From positions 51,584,001-51,648,000 of the forward strand of contig OZ024751.1 of the NCBI GenBank assembly GCA_964016885.1: a stretch of DNA of 64,000 bases, in the 5' to 3' direction. Shown in pieces: positions 55,402-64,000 of the stretch (the first letter of the stretch is position 1; every line of letters begins with the position of its first letter). This DNA is from Eledone cirrhosa. Taxonomy: Eukaryota. Both the position numbers and the translations under genes were made by a program. The notes under the pieces are model-generated. The model did not search any database, was not told where the DNA came from, and saw only the letters and a program-made list of their open reading frames with translations.

Positions 55402-57547
55402 TTACCGTACTTTTCGTAGAGGAAGGCTGGTTTCTCCATCCCTTTTCACTTGATCGTCTGGTGAAGGGACCGTTGAATCGTCCCTTCGGCTGGTCGTCGG
55501 CTCTTCTATGATTATGTCCGAATATACTCTCCGGTTGAGAGTCCCTCCTAGGTCTCTGAAATCACCAACTGCGTTGGGGAATTTCGTTTTAATGTTTGTG
55601 TATTGTTTCTGTGCTATTTTTAGCAGTCTTATGTTCGTTGGCGTTTTGATTGGTGCTGGTATTATGTAGTCGTGCTGTGAAATGTCTGTGTGTTCAATTA
55701 TGTAAGTCATTAGTTTCTTGTTGTGTGTATTTATTGCCGTGCATTTGTTTTTCTGGGGGTGGGGTGTGGTTCTGCTATTTTCTTGTCGTTGTTGCTGGGT
55801 GTGTGTGTTTTGTTGTTGTGTTTGCGATGTTGGTGCTTGTGGTGGTGGTGTTGAAGGTGTTGTTGTTGTTGGCGGTGGGGTTGTCGCCGGTGGTGATGGT
55901 GGTGCTAGTGTGGGTGGTGATGGTATTGGTGGTGTTGCTGCTGTGAGTCTCTTTGCAGTAGCCTTTACCCTTTTTTCATTTCTTTCCTCCCTTTTCGAAG
56001 GCGACGATGCGCTGCTTCTGCGTTTGTGCCTTCTTACGACCTTTTACCATCCCTCTCCCACCTCACACTCCATGTCTGATTCTGTGAGGACGGGAAGGGG
56101 TACCAGCTCCACTCTTTCACTTGTTGTTGTTGGTGATGTTTGCAGTGGAGTCTCTGTTGCAGCTGCATTTGGTATTACTGTTGTTGTTGTTAATACTTCC
56201 ACTGCTGCTGCTGTTCTTGATTTCCGTGGCGTGGGTATGGGTGCCACGGACCTATCGTTCCTGGTTGCCGCTTGTCCTGTTGCTGGTAGCCGTGGAGCCG
56301 GTTTCGGAAGGAGGAGGGGTTTCTCCTTTCTCAGGGTCTTCTCGTTGCAGAAGGCCCTGAGGTGAGTCTTCGATCCACAGCGAAAGCATTTCGGGCGTTT
56401 GCCCTCAACACTTATGGGCAGTTGAGTGCCGTTATCGAAGTCTATCACACCCGGGATAGCTTCGATGCACTCCTGGTTGGTTTGGATTAACAATGGAGGT
56501 GCCGGCCCAATCTTTTCTTACTTTTTTCTGTACTTGCAGTACAGTTGTTTTGTCCTCGATTCCGACGAGTACAGACGCGGCCAGCCAAGAAGGGGCCATC
56601 CGGGGGGGGGGGACGTGGGTCAGTTTGACCCTCACAATTTTTTGCCCGCAGTAGGAGGGCACCAACACCATTTCCTCGCTCCTTAGGGTCACTAAGGATT
56701 GAGTCTTTGCCTCCTGGGGTGTGGCAAAAAGCACGTCTACGGCGGCATATTTCTTGCCTCGGGTGATGTGCGTTTTCCGCTGCCACACAGACCCTAAGGC
56801 TTTTTGTATTTGAGCCTCTGTGGCGCTTTCAACCCTACGGTATTTTGTGCTTACTTTACGGTACGTGACCGTACAGTGCTGTTGGGTTTCGAAAAAGTTT
56901 TCGGCTGCTTTGCAGATTGCTCGGTGTCCGGTTTTCGTCACCATCTTCTTCGCTTCCTCTAATTCCTCATTTGTTATGAGGATGGTTTCCAGGTTCTTTG
57001 CGATACCTGCAAACGAGATTGGTTTTTCTTTGCTGCTGTTGTTGTTGTTGTTGTTGTTGTCGTCAGAGCTGCTGTTACTTTTGTTGTTGCTGCAGGTACT
57101 ACGACTACTGCCGCCGCCGCTGTTGCTGTGGTTGTTGTTGTTGTTGTTGCTGCTGTTGTTGTTGCTGTTGCTGCTAATGCTGTTGTTGTTTATGCTGCTG
57201 CTGATGCTGTTGCGGCTGCTACTGTTGTTTCCCTTGTCACTGTTGCTGCTGCTGCTGTTATTACGGCTGCTACTGCTATTATTCATGACGTCAGACGAAT
57301 GAAATGGGTTTTCGTATTTCCCGCACACCTTTCTCGTCGTTGTTGTCGTCGTCGTCGTGGAGAAATGTTGCACGCTTTCTACGTGATTTTTCTTTACTGG
57401 CGTCGCTTGCGAAAGAGAAGGGAGGGAGAGAGACACATTTAGAGAAGGGAGGGAGAGCGACAATCTTCTCTCTGCTGTAGTGACGATTGAGGAAGAAGAA
57501 GACGGAATGAGTGGGAGTGACCTATGAAAATTCTTTTTCGTAGCCAT
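55402..57547 (-). pseudogene. Tx1/L1 ORF1 (gag-like, CCHC zinc knuckle), disrupted
   Basis: CFRCGSKTHLRAFC (CX2CX4HX4C), SFAGIAK motif, low-complexity S/N and T/P tracts. Frameshift near 56490 and stop at 56044. Confidence 0.78.
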
Positions 57548-57760
57548 GTTTTTTTTTGTTTAAAATAAATATTGGGCACAAAACCCCAATAAGCGGTTAT
57601 TTAACCCCGAAGGGCCAAATAACGGGCTGAAAGACCCCTCTCACGAGGAGGAGGGTGTTTTGTCTACAATTTGGTTAAAGTTTTAAACAACTTACAATTG
57701 TTATAGCGGTCAAAATTTACAATACCTTACAGAGCCGAGCCTCCGTCAACCATAGCATTC

Positions 57761-57809
<49 letters not shown>

Positions 57810-58204
57810 GGGAAGAAAACGCGCATAGTGGATATATATCGTTATGGAATCGCTCCCGTAAGTTTTTGATTTTTTTTCTTTAAAACAACTGTGATAGAAT
57901 AATCCTTATTACAAATGAACAATAAGATTACAGTTTTTTACGTTCAGCAAGCCATAACGCGTCACTTTACGGCATAGGGCCCCAATATTTAATATTTAAT
58001 TTTGGATCAGAAATGTTATAGTCGAAAAAGAGGAAAGTGGCAAAATGGCTAAAATAGCTAAATAGCTAAATGGCTAAGTGGACAGACAGAAAAATAATTT
58101 CACCACCAACACCACCACCACTATCACGCTAAAAACTCTAGTCAAGTTACCTCAACTTCTATTTCTACTTCAACTTCAACACCATCACTACAGTACTACG
58201 ATCA

Positions 58205-58355
58205 CATCACCACCACCACTGCCTCATTATCGATACCGCCGCTATTCTCTCCCACTACCTCCTGCTAAGTACTACTAGCACAGCACCACCACCACCACCA
58301 CCACTGCCTCATTATCACTACCGCCGCTATTCTCTCCCACTACCTCCTGCTAAGA
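58205..58355. repeat. Short direct duplication (~62 bp, 85-bp offset)
   Basis: caccaccaccactgcctcattatc..taccgccgctattctctcccactacctcctgctaag occurs twice. Confidence 0.8.
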
Positions 58356-58654
58356 CATGCATCGTAGTGTCCCCACTAAAAGAGGAAGGCATCAAAATAT
58401 ATATAAATAGACTGATTTGATGACCCGGTCAAAAAATCAAAAAACCAAAAATCAAAATCAAAGCAGCACAGCAACAACGAAAAACGTAAAGAAAAGAAAA
58501 ATGAAAAGAAAAACAAACAGACGGACAGAGAAGGGAAGGGAAAAACTAAGTCAGACATTCAAACATTACATTACAATGAAACTTATGCTTATTCTTTTTT
58601 GTTTGTTTTTTTTGCCTATTTGTTTGTTTGTTTATTTATGTTCGTCTACAGCGT

Positions 58655-61600
58655 GATAGTGCCACATAGAAATCACCGGGAGTGATGAAATCACCGGAGG
58701 TGATGAAATCACCGGTGGTTATGTAACCATACATTCACCAATCCTCGATAAGAGTGTTTAAATGTCGAACCTAAACAGTTCGAATAACGGTGAAGTGGAG
58801 ACTAGAATGTCATGTGACAGACTCTCACCCAGCATGTACCCTGGCTCAGCAGCAGGGACCTGGCTGTCAAGGAAAGGGACCAGAACCAACTGGACGAAAG
58901 AATTGAATAGAACTGTTATGCAATGTTACCTGAAGAGTAACCCCAAGGAGAAAGGCTATAGGAAACGGATACATAACATCTGGAACGAGATTGGTCTATT
59001 TAAATTAGATGAACAAAAATTGGCCGGGCAGGCTCGGGTAATAAGAACTAATGGTGGATAAGCGAGCTGGAACTGGAGGAACTGAGCAGAGAGATTAGGT
59101 TGGAAATGGAGAGTGGAGTATGCCAGGCAAACGAGCCAGTGGGAAATGAAGGTGAAGAGGTTGAGAGAGCGGAGGAACCATCCGAAGCAGACAATGATCT
59201 GAATGCTGAAATAAATAATACCTGGAACAAAGATACGGCCATTGAGGAGATGAATGCTGACGGGCTAGGACAAGATTTGGTTGATATCCTAAACTTAGTG
59301 GTAGATGAATTGAACAATGATAGTGGGAAACCTATGAACCTAAGATTTGTAGACAGGAAAAAGTTAAAAGAAACAACAGCTAAGGTAAACAAAGTCATCC
59401 CATACTTTGAGGCGAGGAGCCTTCACCAGTGCAACAATATCCTCAAAGCAACAGCAAATGCGGTGAGGAAATTACTTGGTATAAAAGCGAGAGGAAATAA
59501 CAAACAAGAAAGATCAGAGCCTTGGTGGAAGAAACGACTGAATGGTCAAATCAGGGAAATGAGAAATGACATTGGAAAGCTTGAGTCGCTACTGAATGGG
59601 ACAGTAAAAAATATAGACACTAAAAATAGACTGGAAATAAAGTACAAAACTTGGAGGAAAAAGCTAAATATTATCATAGAGGAACTGAAGTAACGCATTG
59701 TAGCAAAGAGTGCAAAAATTAGGCGATACGAGAGCAGAGTCAGTCAGTATAGACAGAACCGCATGTTTGACAACAACCAGAAGATGCTGTTTGGACAGCT
59801 TGAAGGGAAAGAAAGAGGCAACGACTTGATCCCTGAGGCGGAACAAACTAAAATATTCTGGAGAGGAATATGGGAGCAGGATGTTAAACATAATGACCAG
59901 GCAGTGTGGATTGAGACAGTACAAAAGGAGATTAGTGAACAGGCACACCAACAAACTGATTTGAGTATCACAGTTGAAACTCTTAAGGGGCAGGCCAAAA
60001 AGCTAACCAACTGGAAATCACCAGGCCCAGATGGTGTGCAGGGGTATTGGATTAAAAATATAACATCCCTCCACCCGAAACTGACAACCATGTTCAATGA
60101 CTGCTTGATGTCAGGTGAGGTACCAGAGTGGTTGACAAAAGGTACCACAGTTCTGGTAATGAAAGACCGAATCAAGGGTAATGATGTTACCAACTATAGA
60201 CCTATCACATGTCTGTCCGTAATGTGGAAACTGTTGACAAGCATTATGTCTGAGGAAATCTACCATCACCTCCACACAAATAACTTGTTACCGGACGAAC
60301 AGAAAGGATGCCGAAAGAAGTCCCGTGGTACAAAGGACCAGTTACTTATTGATAAGATGGTAATGAGGAATTGCAAGAGGAGACACACTGGTCTTGCCAT
60401 GGCATGGATAGACTACAAAAAGGCATTTGACATGGTGCCTCATTCTTAGATCACCAAAAGCCTAGAGATCTTCAAGGTGGCAGATAACATCAGACAGTTG
60501 TTGGGCAAAAGTGTGAAGTCCTGGAAAACAGAGTTAACATCAGCTGGAGAATCCTTGGGAGGCGTGAAGATCAAGAGAGGTATCTTCCAGGGAGATAGTC
60601 TGTCCCCTCTGTTGTTTGTCCTTGCTCTGATGCCCCTGACCATTATACTGCGAAAAGTGAGAGCAGGATACAAGTTGGGAAAGGGAGAGCTTACCATCAA
60701 TCACCTCCTCTTCATGGACGATCTTAAGCTCTTCAGGAAGAGTGAGGAGTTGGATGTGCTTGTTGACACTGTCCGTATTTTCAGCAATGATATACGTATG
60801 CAATTTGGTATTAGTAAGTGTGGAGTCCTTGTGATGAAGTGGGGTAAATTGAGCAGATGCAACGGAATCCAGGTACCAACAGGTGAGATGATAAAGGAAA
60901 TTGACACTGAAGAAGGATACAAGTATTTGGGTGTTCTGGAGGCTGATGACATCAAGAACAAAAAAATGAAGGAATTGATAAGATCTGAATACATTCGGAG
61001 AGTAAGGAGCGTATTAAAGTCACACCTGAACAGTAGGAATGCCATAAGTGCAGTAAATTCCCCAGCTGTGTCTATTATTAGGTACAGTGCGGGAATTCTG
61101 AGATGGAATGTTGCTGAACAAAAAGAAATGGATAGGAAGACTATGAAGCTATTGACTATCTACAACATGTTCTATAAGAGGAGTGATGTCGATAGACTCT
61201 ACTTAAGGAGATCTGAAGGTGGAAGAGGTCTTATCAGCATAGAGGACTGTGTTCAGATGGAGAAAAACAACCTACACAAATACGTGACTGATAGTAAGGA
61301 GCCAATGCTCAGAATTGTACTGAAGGAGAGGACAATAGACCAGGGGATGTCCAAGGAGGAAATAACAACAAGGAGAAAGAGCAGCCTTCATGAAAAATCC
61401 CTTCATAGTACCTTCTTTGAGAAAACTGAATTCAGAAATCCACAGACATGGAACTGGTTGAAAAGAGGAGACCTTAAAAAGGCTATAGAAGGAATGCTAA
61501 TGGCTGCGCAAGAGCAGGCCCTCAAAATGAAGTGGTTGAAACACCATATTTACAAGGAGGAGGCTAGCCCACTGTGCAGGATCTGTGGAGAGAGAGTAGA

Positions 61601-62216
61601 CTGTGGCTCACATTGTATCCGAGTGTAAACACCTAGCCCAGACTCACTATAAGGGCTGGAGATATGATGTGATGGGCAGGGTGATCCACTGGCACCTATG
61701 CAAAGTAAATAATTTACCACATTCTGAGAAGTGGTATGAGCATAAGCCAGAGTCGGTGATAGAAAACGATCAGGTGAAGGTGCTGTGGGATTTTAGGATA
61801 CAGACGGACAAGAAACTGGAACACAATAGACCTGACCTGGTGGTTTTTGACAAGGAAAGAAGATCGTGCCTGATTGTGGATGTGGCCTGCCCATTCGACA
61901 CGAGAGTGCAAGAGAGGGAGAAAATTAATCGATACCAGGACTTAAAGTGGGAGGTAAAAAGGATTTGGAACTGCCATGAAGTCAAAGTGGTCCCGATTGT
62001 CATAGGCGCACTAGGTACTATCTCAAAAAGTTTCCAGGGATGGTTAAAGAAAATTGGTCCCGCCACGCTTTTTGGAACGCTTCAAAAGGCATGCTTGCTG
62101 GGAACAGCAAGAACCCTCCGATACGTCCTGAATATCTGAGGCTGCAGGTAGTGGCTTGATATTCATTTCAACAAACTTTTCAATTAACTAACATCAATGA
62201 CTGAGACTCAAAGAAC
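58655..62216 (+). mobile_element. Near full-length Dong/R4-clade non-LTR retrotransposon (single ORF: RT, CCHC, RLE); disrupted
   Basis: N-terminal WT.E.N..VM.CY...GYRKR....W...EQ.LA.Q.R.I motif. RT motifs WKSPGPDG, NYRPITCL, EQKGC, WIDYKKAFD, GIFQGDSLSPLLF, HLLFMDDLKL. CRIC...H..S.C. RLE HNRPDLVV..IVDVACP. Stops/frameshifts near 59055, 59691, 60447 and 61595. Followed by (ATA)n 62217-62300. Confidence 0.92.
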
Positions 62217-62299
<83 letters not shown>

Positions 62300-62301
<2 letters not shown>

Positions 62302-63187
62302 GGAAAATACCCAGAGCGAGCTAACAATCCTGATGTTGACAAAACTTTAACCCATCAGTGGTTGGCATCCTCTGGACTGAAATCGGAGACTGAAGGACTG
62401 ATTATATCGGCACAAGATCAGTGTCTGCCAACAAAAAATTACCAAGCCAACATAATAAAAAATGGGTGCAGCCCATTATGCCGTGTATGCAAAAAACAAC
62501 CAGAGACCATTGACCATATAATTTCAATGTGCAGTCCTATAGCTCCAACCGAATACCTAAACAGGCATGACAGAGCTGCACAATACATACATTGGATAAT
62601 GTGTAAGCATTTTGACCTGCCCCATCAAAAGAATTGGTGGGAGCATCAACCACCTCCCATACTTGAAAAAGATCACATCTCAATCTTGTGGAACTTTAGC
62701 ATCCAAACAGACCGAAAAATAGATGCAAATAGACCTGATATAATATTGAAGGACTTTCAAATGAGGGTATGCCTGCTAATTGATATGTCTGTTCCAATAG
62801 ACAAGAATGTATCTATAAAAACATTTGAAAAATTGAGCAAGTATAAGGACCTGGAGATAGAAATTGGAAAAATGTGGAAATTGAGAACTAAAACAATACC
62901 AGTGGTTGTAGGCGCTCTGGGAATGATACCTAAGGGATCTAACGACTACTTATCGCAAATCCCAGGAAACCCGCGTATAGGAGAAATACAAAAGATAATA
63001 CTAATGGGAACTGCCCATATACTAAGGAAGATCCTGTCAATATAAGTACATCACAAGTCTAAACACTAAGGATGCATGTGTGAATATGTATGTTCTTTCT
63101 TGAACATGGCGGACCTTGTTGTCTCTTGAGGTCACTGGTTGTGACTTGGTGATAACTCGTATGAACATAAAGCAAGATAAATGCAAA
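62300..63187 (+). mobile_element. 5'-truncated Dong/R4-clade element of a different family, between two (TAA)n tracts
   Basis: Open frame WL....LKSETEG.I..AQDQ.L...CRVC....ETIDHI.S.C...RHD...ANRPDII..LIDMSVP..KYKDL. (TAA)n on both sides. Confidence 0.9.
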
Positions 63188-63284
63188 TAATAATAATAAT
63201 AATAATAATAAATGTGAAAACTAAAATCCAAATAGGGCTCGATAAGGATAAATATATATGAAATATATAAGAACCATAGAGCAA

Positions 63285-63488
63285 ATATTTATTAAAATAA
63301 CAGATTAAAGTTTAAGCAAAGAATCGCTACTTTCACCCTTAACGGGATCTTCTGAGTTTCAGAAGATCCCGTTATGTATATAAATATGCATATATATGTA
63401 ATAATCAGAAGTGATAAATTTCTCACAACAATCCTAACTAGTAAATTAGAGCAGCGATTCTTTGCTTAAACTTTAATCTGTTATTTTA

Positions 63489-63560
<72 letters not shown>

Positions 63561-63625
63561 TAAATAGCTCTGTAGTATACATAGAGCACTCTCCTTTCCT
63601 TTACCCTTCCTACGGAAATACTTCA
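63285..63625. mobile_element. Fold-back mini-element sharing its terminus with the Penelope-like element at 4661-6001
   Basis: Arms 63285-63328 / 63453-63496, inner hairpin 63341-63373, then (TA)n and tail gctctg...catagagcactc (63560-63625). 63287-63355 is nearly identical to 4661-4729. Confidence 0.87.
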
Positions 63626-63799
63626 TAGCAGTTCAAATATGTCTGTTATTTATATATTTCAGTAGGAGGGGGACAAGAAGAAATGGAGGAGAAAAGGAGA
63701 ATGAAGAAGAAGAAGAAGAAGATATTCCATGAATATACAGCATACGAAGAAATGTATAGCTAACTATCAACAACAACAACAACAACAACAAAAACAACA

Positions 63800-64000
63800 A
63801 CTACGAAGGAAGTTAGCGAACTGTCAAAAACAACAACAACAATATACGAAGGAAGTTAGCTAACAACAACAACTACTACGTACGAAGGAAGTTAGCTAAC
63901 AGCAACAAGTACTACGTACAAAGGAGTTAGCTAACAACAACAACGTACGAAGGAAGTTAGCTAACAACAACAACAACGTACGAAGGAAGTTAGCTAACAA
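63800..64000. repeat. ~28-42-bp tandem repeat tacgaaggaagttagct(aac)n
   Basis: At least six copies, running off the window end. Confidence 0.88.

Larger units (their letters stand above)
51707..57760 (-). mobile_element. Apparently full-length Tx1/L1-clade LINE inserted in (AAT)n; frameshifted
   Basis: Two-ORF layout, AATAAA at the 3' end, (AAT)n on both flanks (51677-51706 and 57761-57809). Confidence 0.92.

Overview
AT-rich, microsatellite-saturated animal genomic DNA with no host protein-coding gene I can support. The repeat landscape suggests an octopod/coleoid cephalopod, which is an inference only. The window is almost entirely mobile DNA and tandem repeats. It holds (i) a 5'-truncated RTE LINE with a ~0.9-kb fold-back duplication, (ii) a full-length but frameshifted Tx1/L1 LINE inside (AAT)n, (iii) three Dong/R4-type RLE LINE copies ending in (TAA)n, (iv) three Penelope-like (GIY-YIG) element remnants, (v) many tRNA-derived SINEs, hAT MITEs and a Tigger relic, and (vi) a 6-kb 31-bp minisatellite with higher-order structure plus a 6.5-kb cryptic trinucleotide array. 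The most striking signal is that the short 'unique' islands between (TA)n runs are not random. They are several families of non-coding fold-back (inverted-repeat) mini-elements carrying type I hammerhead ribozyme motifs: about 8 complete or near-complete motifs and about 10 halves in 64 kb. They have family-specific palindromic stem III sequences and a one-sided tail, and some share termini with the Penelope-like elements in the same window. Coordinates were read by eye and may be off by a few bases. No folding or database search was run.
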